Assembly (NCBI GenBank): GCA_045657625.1
Contig: JAZOTM010000003.1
Coordinates: 5,574-69,573 of the forward strand
Origin: Lachnospiraceae bacterium
Lineage (GTDB): Bacteria; Bacillota; Clostridia; Lachnospirales; Lachnospiraceae
Direction: 5' to 3'
DNA length: 64,000 nt
Shown here piece by piece: positions 9,989 through 19,197 of this stretch (its first letter is position 1; every line of letters begins with the position of its first letter). Below the pieces are notes generated by a model, which ran no database searches, was not told where the DNA came from, and saw nothing but the letters and a program-made list of their open reading frames with translations. A program made the translations under genes and the position numbers.

Positions 9989-12341
9989 ATATTTGGAACT
10001 AACAATTGGCGCATTGTTGCATGATATAGGAAAAGTTATTTATCGAGAAGAAAAAGAAAAAAAGACACATAGTCAAAGTGGATATGAGTTTTTAAAAGAA
10101 AAGACTAGTTTGAATAATACGAATATATTAGATTCAATTCGGTATCATCATGCAGGTGCATTAAAAGGAGCTAAGATAGAGGATGATTCTGTAGCTTATA
10201 TAGTTTATATGGCAGATAATATTGCCTCCTCCGTGGATCGAAGAAATAAAATGGAGGATGAAAAAGGTTTTGAAATCCATGTTCCATTACAACCGGTATT
10301 TAATTTGTTAAATGGAAATCGTGGGAATACGTATTATGATCCCTATAAGTTTAATGTGGAGAATGCGATTAATTATCCGGTAGATGAAAAGAAGCTATTT
10401 GCAAAAGAGCAATACACTTCAATTATGCGAAATATAGAGGAAAATTTACGGGGAATAGAATTGTCTTCTAATTATGTGAATTCCTTGCTAGAAATATTAG
10501 AGGCAAATCTTTCTTATGTACCTTCTTCTACATCGAATGCAGAGGTTCCGGATATTTCGTTATATGATCACGTGAAGATTACAGCAGCTTTTGCGTGCAC
10601 TATGATGCAAAAACTAGAAGAACAGCAAATAAATAATTATAAAGATGTTTTGTTTCAAAACTCAGAGACCTATTATGACGAAAAGAATTTTTTGATAGCA
10701 TCTATAGATTTTTCTGGAATTCAAAAATTTATCTATACCATCCAAACGAAGAATGCGTTGCGTAATTTAAGAGCGCGATCCTTTTATTTGGAAATTATGA
10801 TGGAACATATGATAGATGAACTCTTGGAAAAATTAGGTTTATCCAGATGTAATTTGTTGTATTCCGGTGGTGGGCATTGTTATTTGCTTTTGTCTAATAC
10901 CGATGAATGTAAAAAAAGAATTGATGAATATATCGAAAAGACAAATGAATGGTTATTAGATAAATTTCAGGTGGAATTATTCGTGGCGGGAGGATATACG
11001 GAGTGTTCTGCTAATGAATTAAAAAATATACCTAATGGAAGTTATGAAGAAATCTTTCGAAGCTTATCAAGAAGTCTTTCTTATAAAAAACTACATCGTT
11101 ATACTCCGCAAATGTTACGAATATTAAATAATTCTACGGAAGATGATTATTCCAAAGAATGTGGTGTATGTAAACGTGTAGCAAAAATAGATGAAAATGG
11201 TCTTTGTCCTTTGTGTGCAGCTATAGAAAAGATGTCTGCAAATGTCTTGTATTCTGATTTTTTCACGGTGTGCGTAGGAGAAACAAAAGACAAACTTCCT
11301 TTGCCTGGAAATTATAGCTTGATTTGGGATACAAAAGAAAGCTTGACAAATAGAATGAAAAATGATGAGAAGTTTGTACGTGTATATAGTAAGAATAAAT
11401 CTTATACAGGACAACAAGTTGCTACAAAAATTTGGGTAGGAAATTATACGACTAAGTCTTCTTTTGAGGAATTTGCAGAAAGTGCGCAGGGAATTAATCG
11501 AATAGGAATTTTGAGAGCGGATGTGGACAATTTAGGACAAGCCTTTGTTTCTGGTTTTACAAATAAAGAGAATCAAAATCGGTATGTCACTATATCCAGA
11601 ACAGCTACGTTATCTAGACAATTATCTTTGTTTTTTAAACTGCATATCAATAAGATATTAGAAAATCCTGAATATACATTGGATGGAAGAAAACCGGAGA
11701 AAAGAAATATTACCATTGTATACTCAGGTGGAGATGACATCTTTGTTGTGGGGGCTTGGAATGAGGTGATTGAATTCTCTGTGGATTTAAGAAATGCGTT
11801 GAAAAAGTATACAGAGGATACATTACATATTTCAGCAGGTATTGGAATATATGAAAATAGTTATCCAATCAGTGCAAGTGCAATAGAGGTAGAAAACCAG
11901 GTAGATGCATCGAAAGATAATGACGGAAAAGATTCTGTTACATTGTTGGAAGATGGAGAAAAGCATAAAGGTAGCGATAATGATAAGTTTATTAGTGATG
12001 GAACGTATCATTGGGATGAATTCGTTGATGAGGTAATAAAAGAAAAATATCAATTGATTCAATTCTATATGAAAAAGAGTGAGAACATACATGGAAATGC
12101 GCTACTGTACAGATTGTTGGAATTAATCCGGAATCAAAAGGAGCGTATAAATTTTGCGAGATTTATATATGTTTTAGCCAGATTAGAACCTGAAGATAAA
12201 ATGAATCAGGACTTAATGGAATCTTTTGAAGCTTTTTCAAGTAAAATGGCTCAGTGGATAAAGAATGAAAAGGACAGAAGACAATTAAAAACTGCAATTA
12301 CATTATATGTATATTTGAATCGAGGGGAGGAACACGAATGA
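9978..12341 (+). CDS. cas10: Cas10/Csm1, type III-A large subunit
   Basis: N-terminal HD (LLHDIGK; HD codons 10020..10025). Zn-finger CGVCK..x..CPLC. Cyclase motif YSGGDDIFVVGAW (GGDD 11727..11738). Confidence 0.95.
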   Translation: MQDKYLELTIGALLHDIGKVIYREEKEKKTHSQSGYEFLKEKTSLNNTNILDSIRYHHAGALKGAKIEDDSVAYIVYMADNIASSVDRRNKMEDEKGFEIHVPLQPVFNLLNGNRGNTYYDPYKFNVENAINYPVDEKKLFAKEQYTSIMRNIEENLRGIELSSNYVNSLLEILEANLSYVPSSTSNAEVPDISLYDHVKITAAFACTMMQKLEEQQINNYKDVLFQNSETYYDEKNFLIASIDFSGIQKFIYTIQTKNALRNLRARSFYLEIMMEHMIDELLEKLGLSRCNLLYSGGGHCYLLLSNTDECKKRIDEYIEKTNEWLLDKFQVELFVAGGYTECSANELKNIPNGSYEEIFRSLSRSLSYKKLHRYTPQMLRILNNSTEDDYSKECGVCKRVAKIDENGLCPLCAAIEKMSANVLYSDFFTVCVGETKDKLPLPGNYSLIWDTKESLTNRMKNDEKFVRVYSKNKSYTGQQVATKIWVGNYTTKSSFEEFAESAQGINRIGILRADVDNLGQAFVSGFTNKENQNRYVTISRTATLSRQLSLFFKLHINKILENPEYTLDGRKPEKRNITIVYSGGDDIFVVGAWNEVIEFSVDLRNALKKYTEDTLHISAGIGIYENSYPISASAIEVENQVDASKDNDGKDSVTLLEDGEKHKGSDNDKFISDGTYHWDEFVDEVIKEKYQLIQFYMKKSENIHGNALLYRLLELIRNQKERINFARFIYVLARLEPEDKMNQDLMESFEAFSSKMAQWIKNEKDRRQLKTAITLYVYLNRGEEHE

Positions 12342-12730
12342 AATTTATAAGTGAACAAACATATGTTGATGATGCTGAGAAGGTAATTCTGAAGCTGTCG
12401 AATAAGACAGATCAACGGGGAAGAAAAGTAGAGATGGTTTCTACATCAAAAATCAGAAATATACTTTCCATGACTGCAGATATTTATAATAATGTATTAG
12501 TTTTGCAGGATGATAGTTTGACAGACGAATTGAATGGACGTATTTCTTATTTAAGAATGAGAATTATTTATGATTGCGGAAGAGAGCCTAAAGTAAAAGA
12601 TTTTATTACAGAGGCTAAAATACTAGAAGCGCTGAAAGAAATAAACGGAAGTAAAGCAAATTATATTTTATTTAATCATTACATGGAAGCGTTGATTGCC
12701 TTTCATAAATTTTATGATGGTAGAGATTAG
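12338..12730 (+). CDS. csm2: Csm2 small subunit
   Basis: 130-aa helical protein between cas10 and csm3, with start overlapping the cas10 stop. Called by position and size. Confidence 0.75.
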   Translation: MKFISEQTYVDDAEKVILKLSNKTDQRGRKVEMVSTSKIRNILSMTADIYNNVLVLQDDSLTDELNGRISYLRMRIIYDCGREPKVKDFITEAKILEALKEINGSKANYILFNHYMEALIAFHKFYDGRD

Positions 12731-12742
12731 GGGGATTCGATT

Positions 12743-13399
12743 ATGTATGGAAAAATTCAGATAACAGGTACTTTAGAAGTGGTAACCGGCATGCATATTG
12801 GAGGTTCTACGGCTTTCGCAGCGATTGGAGCTGTGGATGCACCTATTGTGAGGGATGTAAGAACAAATTTACCAATGATTCCGGGTAGTTCAATAAAAGG
12901 AAAGATGAGAACTCTTTTATCAAAAGAGTTCAATGAAATGTTAGTGGAACCGAACGATGATTGTGATAGAATTGCAAGATTGTTTGGAACAGCAAAAAAA
13001 GGAAATGTAAAAAGAAGTCGGTTGCTTTTTACTGACATGGTGCTAGATAACGAAGAAGAATTGCGAAAGCTAGGTCTTCAAAGTATGACGGAAGTAAAGT
13101 TTGAAAATACGATTAATCGTAAGACAGCAGTTGCAAATCCTAGACAAATTGAACGTGCAGTACGAGGTTCTTTGTTTGCATTAGATATTATGTATGAAGC
13201 AGAAGTAGAAGAGGAAATATTTGAAGATATGCAAACTTTTTGTGAAGGGCTGAAATTACTTCAATATGATTATTTAGGAGGAAATGGATCTAGAGGATAC
13301 GGAAAAGTGAGATTTTCTGATTTGTATGCAGATGTTGTCGTAGGAAATGTAGAAGATGACATTATGGAACGGTGTAATATGATGTTAAACGAATTCTAA
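12743..13399 (+). CDS. csm3: Csm3 (Cas7-type RAMP backbone subunit)
   Basis: GMHIGG, AVDAPIVRD, IPGSSIKGKMRTL and GGNGSRGYG motifs. Confidence 0.9.
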   Translation: MYGKIQITGTLEVVTGMHIGGSTAFAAIGAVDAPIVRDVRTNLPMIPGSSIKGKMRTLLSKEFNEMLVEPNDDCDRIARLFGTAKKGNVKRSRLLFTDMVLDNEEELRKLGLQSMTEVKFENTINRKTAVANPRQIERAVRGSLFALDIMYEAEVEEEIFEDMQTFCEGLKLLQYDYLGGNGSRGYGKVRFSDLYADVVVGNVEDDIMERCNMMLNEF

Positions 13400-13416
13400 G
13401 TATTTGGAGAATAAAG

Positions 13417-14340
13417 ATGAATTATGGAATATATAAACTTCGATTTCCTTATGGGGTACATTTTGGAAATCGTATGTTAGAAAACTGTAATATCCGTTTT
13501 TGTGCAGATACCTTGTTTTCAGCACTTTGTGTGGAGGCATTAAAAAACAGTAATGAGGAGCTGTTAAATAAGTTTGTAGATCAAACAAGAAAAGGAAATT
13601 TATTATTTTCTGATGCTTTTCCATATGTAGGTGAAGAATATCTTTTGCCGAAACCATATATTCAAATAGTAGGAAAAGAACAGGATTCCGCACAAAAGAA
13701 AAAATATAAGAAGTTGAATTATGTAGCACTTTCTCAGTGGCAACAATATGCTTCCGGAAATTTAGACCTAAGTATTCAAGAACAATTGGAAAAAAACATA
13801 GGGGATTTTTCTATGAGGACATATGCAGCAGTTCGTGGTTTGGAAGAAACTCTTCCTTATCGGGTAAGTTCTTTTTCCTTTTCTGAAGGTGCCGGTTTGT
13901 ATTTGGTATATGGATATGAAAATGATGAGGATGCTGATTTGTTTTATGAGTTACTGGAAAAATTATCGTTTACCGGAATAGGTGGAAAAAAATCTTCGGG
14001 TTATGGGCGGTTTGAAATATACAATGGAAAAATGCCGAAGGAATTTCAAGATAGTTTGGTAAATGAGGCAGAGAAGTATGTTTCGTTATCGGTATGTTTA
14101 CCGAAAGAAGATGAGTTAGAAGCTGTAATGGAATCGTCAACCTATAGTATTGAAAAACGAAGTGGATTTATAGATTCTACTCGGTATGCTTCGTCCATGA
14201 TGAGAAAAAAGGATATTTTCTTGTTTTCATCTGGTTCGACGTTTGCTTCGAAATTTGAAGGAGATATATATGATGTTTCTTCAGGTGGGAACCATCCGGT
14301 ATATAAATACGCAAAACCATTTTTTATGGGGGTATTGTGA
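13417..14340 (+). CDS. csm4: Csm4 (Cas5-type RAMP)
   Basis: GIGGKKSSGYGRF glycine loop. Position after csm3. Confidence 0.85.
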   Translation: MNYGIYKLRFPYGVHFGNRMLENCNIRFCADTLFSALCVEALKNSNEELLNKFVDQTRKGNLLFSDAFPYVGEEYLLPKPYIQIVGKEQDSAQKKKYKKLNYVALSQWQQYASGNLDLSIQEQLEKNIGDFSMRTYAAVRGLEETLPYRVSSFSFSEGAGLYLVYGYENDEDADLFYELLEKLSFTGIGGKKSSGYGRFEIYNGKMPKEFQDSLVNEAEKYVSLSVCLPKEDELEAVMESSTYSIEKRSGFIDSTRYASSMMRKKDIFLFSSGSTFASKFEGDIYDVSSGGNHPVYKYAKPFFMGVL

Positions 14341-15449
14341 TGCATGACTATTTAAAAGAGTATCAAATTGCATTAAAGACGGTAGGACCGGTATTTATTG
14401 GTTCTGGGAAGACCTTGTCAAAAAAAGAATATATTCTTACAAATAAAGATATTATTGTTATGGATGTTGCAAAATTATATACATTAGCATTAAATGCGAT
14501 ACAAAAGAAATCTTTTGAAGAATACTACTTACAAAGAAAAGCCAATGGTTTAGGCGATTGGCTAAAGCAAAATAAGGTATCACAAGAATTAAGTAATAAA
14601 TGTGTGAATTACCGTATGAAATATGCAGACTCATCTTTAGACAGAGGTACATCTATTGATGTTGTTGAGTTTATGAGGGATGCGTATGGCTTACCATTTG
14701 TTCCGGGAAGCTCTATAAAGGGGATGCTGCGCACGATTTTTTTATCTTATGAAATGAAGCAAAATGAAAAGAAGTTTAATTCATTCAAAGAAAAAATAAA
14801 TAGCCAATTATATGGAAATAGCAATCGTGTGAATAGAAATTCCTTTTTGAGACAAGAGCAGAAACAAATGGAGGCGGAAGCATTTTGTAAATTAAATCGT
14901 TCAGAGAAAAAAATGGATGCTGTGAACGACATACTTTCTGGTTTGATTGTAAGCGATTCTGCTCCAATAGATATAGGTGATATGATTCTTTGTCAACGTC
15001 TAGAATATCATGTTGATGGAGAGGAAAAGAACTTAAATGTATTAAGAGAATGTATTAAACCAGGTAAAGAAATTCGGTTCAGTATCACAATAGATGAAAC
15101 GATATGCCCATATACAATAGATGAAATTGAGATTGCTATTCAAGAATTCAGTCATATCTATGATTCTGTTTTTAAAACAAAATTTCATGGTATATCTCCT
15201 AGCGCGGATAATACGGTTTATTTGGGCGGAGGAACGGGATTTGTGTCTAAGACGGATGTATATCCCTTACTAGGAGAAAAGGATGGATTAGATGCGATAG
15301 TAAGAATTTTTGAGCTAACAAAAGTGCCAAAGATGCATAAACATTACTTGGATAAGAAACAAAATGTTTCGCCGCATATTCTAAAGATGACGAAATATAA
15401 TGGAAGTCTTTACCATATGGGGGAGTGTCAATGGAATGTTATTTCTTAG
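14337..15449 (+). CDS. csm5: Csm5 (RAMP)
   Basis: VPGSSIKGMLRT and YLGGGTGF motifs. Start overlaps the csm4 stop (GTGATG). Confidence 0.85.
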   Translation: MMHDYLKEYQIALKTVGPVFIGSGKTLSKKEYILTNKDIIVMDVAKLYTLALNAIQKKSFEEYYLQRKANGLGDWLKQNKVSQELSNKCVNYRMKYADSSLDRGTSIDVVEFMRDAYGLPFVPGSSIKGMLRTIFLSYEMKQNEKKFNSFKEKINSQLYGNSNRVNRNSFLRQEQKQMEAEAFCKLNRSEKKMDAVNDILSGLIVSDSAPIDIGDMILCQRLEYHVDGEEKNLNVLRECIKPGKEIRFSITIDETICPYTIDEIEIAIQEFSHIYDSVFKTKFHGISPSADNTVYLGGGTGFVSKTDVYPLLGEKDGLDAIVRIFELTKVPKMHKHYLDKKQNVSPHILKMTKYNGSLYHMGECQWNVIS

Positions 15450-15597
15450 AAAAAAGATTGTTGTTTTGCCCCGAGGCTTATGCTTTGGGGCTTGACGAAG
15501 AAATAAATTCGATTGTGTACAGTAAAATGATGAGTTTATTGTTTTGCCCCGAAAAAATAGTTTGGGGGCTAGAAATACCTAGGCCTCCCAGGGACAG
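15450..15597 (+). promoter_or_regulatory. CRISPR leader containing two palindromic GTTTTGCCCCGA...GGGGCT units
   Basis: Lies between the csm5 stop and the first repeat. TTGTTTTGCCCCGA occurs at 15461 and 15539, each followed by a complementary TTTGGGG(G)C. Confidence 0.6.
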
Positions 15598-16255
15598 GAA
15601 TTGATATAGATACTCCGAAAGGAGACGGAAACTTTGGTACACCCATTAAATATAATGGAACTATTAATTGATATAGATACTCCGAAAGGAGACGGAAACT
15701 TTAAAAATTCTTTCCATTCGACACCTGATTCTTGGAAATTGATATAGATACTCCGAAAGGAGACGGAAACGTTTTTTTCGAATTAACCGAAAACACGTTT
15801 GCACGAATTGATATAGATACTCCGAAAGGAGACGGAAACGGTAACTATGAAACTGTTACCAAAGTTTACTGACAGAATTGATAGAGATACTCCGAAAGGA
15901 GACGGAAACCTTTAAAAAAACGGTCATTATATAATAATAAACGAATTGATAGAGATACTCCGAAAGGAGACGGAAACTAGTTTCAATAGTTGCATTGTTT
16001 ACAGTTACAGAATTGATAGAGATACTCCGAAAGGAGACGGAAACAGATTCATGGCATTCGCCTGCCCATTGCCACTGACGAATTGATAGAGATACTCCGA
16101 AAGGAGACGGAAACAAGGTTTGCAAAAGGTAAAGTTGCGGTTTCGGTGGAATTGATAGAGATACTCCGAAAGGAGACGGAAACTGTTAGTACGATAATGA
16201 TACCAACACAAGCCAGAAAGGAATTGATAGAGATACTCCGAAAGGAGACGGATTT
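15598..16255 (+). CRISPR. CRISPR array: 10 repeats (35 nt, last one degenerate), 9 spacers of 32-37 nt
   Basis: Repeat is GAATTGATA[T/G]AGATACTCCGAAAGGAGACGGAAAC. Repeat starts are 15598, 15665, 15736, 15805, 15875, 15943, 16010, 16080, 16149 and 16221. The 3' end ACGGAAAC fits a type III 8-nt crRNA tag, and the terminal repeat ends GGATTTG. Confidence 0.97.
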
Positions 16256-16332
16256 GAACGCATAATACAATTAAAATAGTTTTGGCGGTTTTGGAAAGTG
16301 ATTTTGCAAGAACTGAGAAAGGGGATGTAAAA

Positions 16333-17334
16333 ATGAGCCTAATATATGTGGCTGAAAACGGTGCAGTTGTGGGAGTGGAAAATAATCGCTTGACAATTAA
16401 ATACAAAGATGGTTTATTGCGAACGATTCCAATTGAAACGGTGGAAGGTATATCCATATTGGCAAAAGCACAACTGAGCACGGCATGCATGGAAACATGT
16501 ATGGAAAAGGGAATCCCGGTATCTTTTTATTCAAAAGGGGGAAGATATTTTGGACGTTTGATGTCCACGGGGCATATTCACACAGAGTTGCAAAGAAAGC
16601 AGGATTCCTTATATGAAACAGATTTTTCACTAGGTTTGGCAAGACGGATTATCGATTGCAAGATTTATAACCAGATAGTGGTATTGAAAAGGTATGCGCG
16701 CAATGATGAAAAAGATGTAGATGCGTTTGTAAGCAATATGCAAAATAGTAGAAAGAAATTAGAAATGGTGGATTCCATCGCAGAATTAATGGGATATGAG
16801 GGAATAGCGGCAAGAGCCTATTTTGAAGGATTGTCTATGTGTATAGATCAAGATTTTAAGTTTAAGGGTAGGAGTCGAAGACCTCCGATGGATGAGTTTA
16901 ATTCTATGATTAGTTTGGGTTACTCAATTTTGATGAACGAAATTTATGCGGAATTGGAAATGCAAGGATTAAATCCTTATTTTGGATTTGTTCATAAGGA
17001 TGCAGAGAAGCATCCTACATTGGCTAGCGATTTGATAGAGGAATGGAGAGCCGTCTTAATCGATTCATTGGTAATGAGCATGATAAACGGACATGAGGTA
17101 AATAAGGAAGATTTTATTCTTAATATGGATGAACCGGGGTGCTTTTTGACGAAGGAATGTATGAAAAAATATATTTCAAAGTTGGAAATTAAATTAAATA
17201 CAAAAACAAAATACTTGTCTTATATAGATTATCAAGTTACTTTTCGTAGAGCTATATCATTACAAATTGAAAGTTTGAGGGAAGCAATAGAAACAGCAGA
17301 TTATACGAAGTATAGTCCAATTAGAATTAGGTGA
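16333..17334 (+). CDS. cas1: Cas1 integrase
   Basis: MSLIYVAENG..., EGIAARAYFEG, NSMISLGYSIL. Preferred start is ATG 16333 (SD AAAGGGGA); the track ORF starts at TTG 16282. Confidence 0.9.
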   Translation: MSLIYVAENGAVVGVENNRLTIKYKDGLLRTIPIETVEGISILAKAQLSTACMETCMEKGIPVSFYSKGGRYFGRLMSTGHIHTELQRKQDSLYETDFSLGLARRIIDCKIYNQIVVLKRYARNDEKDVDAFVSNMQNSRKKLEMVDSIAELMGYEGIAARAYFEGLSMCIDQDFKFKGRSRRPPMDEFNSMISLGYSILMNEIYAELEMQGLNPYFGFVHKDAEKHPTLASDLIEEWRAVLIDSLVMSMINGHEVNKEDFILNMDEPGCFLTKECMKKYISKLEIKLNTKTKYLSYIDYQVTFRRAISLQIESLREAIETADYTKYSPIRIR

Positions 17335-17339
17335 TTGTT

Positions 17340-17660
17340 ATGGATAGAGAAGATTATTTTTTTGGAGAAATATCTGATAATAGGCGGAATAAGGTATACG
17401 CATTAGTAATATATGACATTGTAGAAAATACGAAGAGGACTAAGTTTGCAAGATTTCTTTCTGGCTATGGGAATCGTGTGCAAAAGTCAGCATTTGAAGT
17501 GAGCATAACAGAAAAAAAGTTTGATGAAATGCTAAGGAAAATTCCCAGTTTTTGTACAATGGAAGACAGCATTCGTGTATATCGGATTTCTGGAAAAAAT
17601 TTAGTTCATAAATGGGGAATCGATTATTTAGAAGAGCAGGAAGATATTATAATTATTTAG
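17340..17660 (+). CDS. cas2: Cas2
   Basis: VIYDIVENTKRTKFARFLSGYGNRVQKSAFE is the typical Cas2 ferredoxin-fold N-terminus. Overlaps the cas1 stop. The alternative start is GTG 17331. Confidence 0.9.
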   Translation: MDREDYFFGEISDNRRNKVYALVIYDIVENTKRTKFARFLSGYGNRVQKSAFEVSITEKKFDEMLRKIPSFCTMEDSIRVYRISGKNLVHKWGIDYLEEQEDIIII

Positions 17661-17669
17661 GAGCATGTG

Positions 17670-18989
17670 ATGGGAAAAACTATTTTATTTTCACCGGTAG
17701 GTGGAACGGATCCAATTTCGATGAACAATTATAGGGATGGTTCATTATTGCATATTTCGAGGGTATATAAGCCTGATGAAGTGTATTTATATATGTCTAA
17801 TGAAATCTTAAAGAATCATGAGGAAGATAATAGATATATTTATTGCTTGGAAAAACTGGCAGAAATGCAAGAAAGAAAAATGGCATATCATATTATCGAA
17901 AGAGAAGAATTGAAAAATGTGCAAGAATTTGATTTCTTTTACAGAGATTTTAAAGAAATTATAGGTAGTATTAGAAATGAGATAAGTGCAGATGATTGTC
18001 TATTAATAAATGTTTCATCTGGTACACCTGCAATGAAGAGTGGGTTACTTGTACTTGCAACATTAGGAGAGTATCCGTTACAGATGGTACAAGTTATAAC
18101 ACCGATGAAAAAAATGAATGAGCATAATCATAATGGGTATGATGTGGAACTGTTGTGGGAATTGAATGATGATAATACGGAGAAGTTTGAAAATCGTTGT
18201 GTTGAAGTAACCTGTCCATCGTTGTCGGTGATTAAACAAGAAGAAGTTATAAAAAAATTAATTACGGAATATGATTATAATGCGGCTATAACAGCAACAA
18301 AGAATTTGCCTTTGAGTACGACAGAGAATTATTTGGAGGTATTGGAAGCTGCCTATAGTAGAATGCAATTAAATTTTAGCAAAATGAACCCTTTGGTAAA
18401 AAAGTATGATATAAAAGGGTTTCCTGTTAAATCTACCGATACGCAAAAGTATTTTGAGTATATTTTATCTTTAGAAATAAAAAGAAGACGAGGGGAATAT
18501 GGAGACTTTATACGGGCAATATCGCCTATTATATTAGATTTATTTGTTTTTATACTACAACATGAGTGTAATGTAAATCTTGAGGATTTAACGTATTCCT
18601 TCGTAGACAAAGGTATGAAATGGGATGAAACAAAGCTGAGGGGGACAGAAGTTAAGAGAATATTAGACGCTAGGAAGAAAGATTATATTGGAAAACCGGT
18701 GTATTCTTCACAGTTAATAGATGTAATTCGCGAATTGGCAAATACAAATATTGATTTAGTAAATACTGTTTCTGCATTAAGAGATATAGAAGCAAATGTG
18801 CGTAATATTGCAGCGCATCAAATAGTATCAATAACAGAAGATAAGGTTAAGAAATTGACTGGTTATGCAACGGCAGATGTTGTGAAATTGTTACATAAGG
18901 CGTGTATATATGCAGGATTTAAGATTAAGGAAGAATATTGGAACGCATATGATGAAATGAATCTTGATATTTTATCAAGAATGCAGTGA
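17670..18989 (+). CDS. csm6: Csm6 (CARF + HEPN cOA-activated RNase)
   Basis: N-terminus ILFSPVGGTDP (CARF). C-terminal R-x4-H HEPN motif RNIAAH (18801..18818). Confidence 0.85.
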   Translation: MGKTILFSPVGGTDPISMNNYRDGSLLHISRVYKPDEVYLYMSNEILKNHEEDNRYIYCLEKLAEMQERKMAYHIIEREELKNVQEFDFFYRDFKEIIGSIRNEISADDCLLINVSSGTPAMKSGLLVLATLGEYPLQMVQVITPMKKMNEHNHNGYDVELLWELNDDNTEKFENRCVEVTCPSLSVIKQEEVIKKLITEYDYNAAITATKNLPLSTTENYLEVLEAAYSRMQLNFSKMNPLVKKYDIKGFPVKSTDTQKYFEYILSLEIKRRRGEYGDFIRAISPIILDLFVFILQHECNVNLEDLTYSFVDKGMKWDETKLRGTEVKRILDARKKDYIGKPVYSSQLIDVIRELANTNIDLVNTVSALRDIEANVRNIAAHQIVSITEDKVKKLTGYATADVVKLLHKACIYAGFKIKEEYWNAYDEMNLDILSRMQ

Positions 18990-19028
18990 TTTTTATGTCT
19001 GACATTTTGCTGCAATAACATAAATTGA

Positions 19029-19093
19029 TACGTCAGAAATACTTTTTGAACGATTTAGCGTTAGCGACTAGTGAAAAAAGTATTTCTGACGTA
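19029..19093 (+). repeat. 65-bp hairpin repeat, family 1, copy 3
   Basis: Same element and same orientation. In this copy the 20-bp stem pairs perfectly (arms ...GAAATAC... / ...GTATTTC...). Confidence 0.9.
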
Positions 19094-19197
19094 CACTCAC
19101 ATACCTTACGTGAAAAAAGCATTTCTAACTTTGACATTTAAAAGCCATATTATTAAAATAAATCTAAGGGGAAAAACAACATAGGAGAGGTTTTTAC

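Noticed and set aside
15856-16490. Minus-strand ORFs of 73-161 aa (and the + ORF 16083..16265) with repetitive SVSFRSISINS / LLSEYLYQF peptides.
   Set aside because: They are translations of the CRISPR repeats. The periodic peptide repeats mirror the 35-nt DNA repeat, so they are not genes.
7328-19093. Idea that the 65-bp hairpins are integron attC sites and the CRISPR locus an integron cassette.
   Set aside because: The hairpins and their placement 3' of genes resemble attC. However, the ends read TACGTCAG...CTGACGTA and lack the RYYYAAC/GTTRRRY core sites, and no intI-like integrase or attI is in the window. I kept it as a generic repeat-bounded cassette hypothesis instead.
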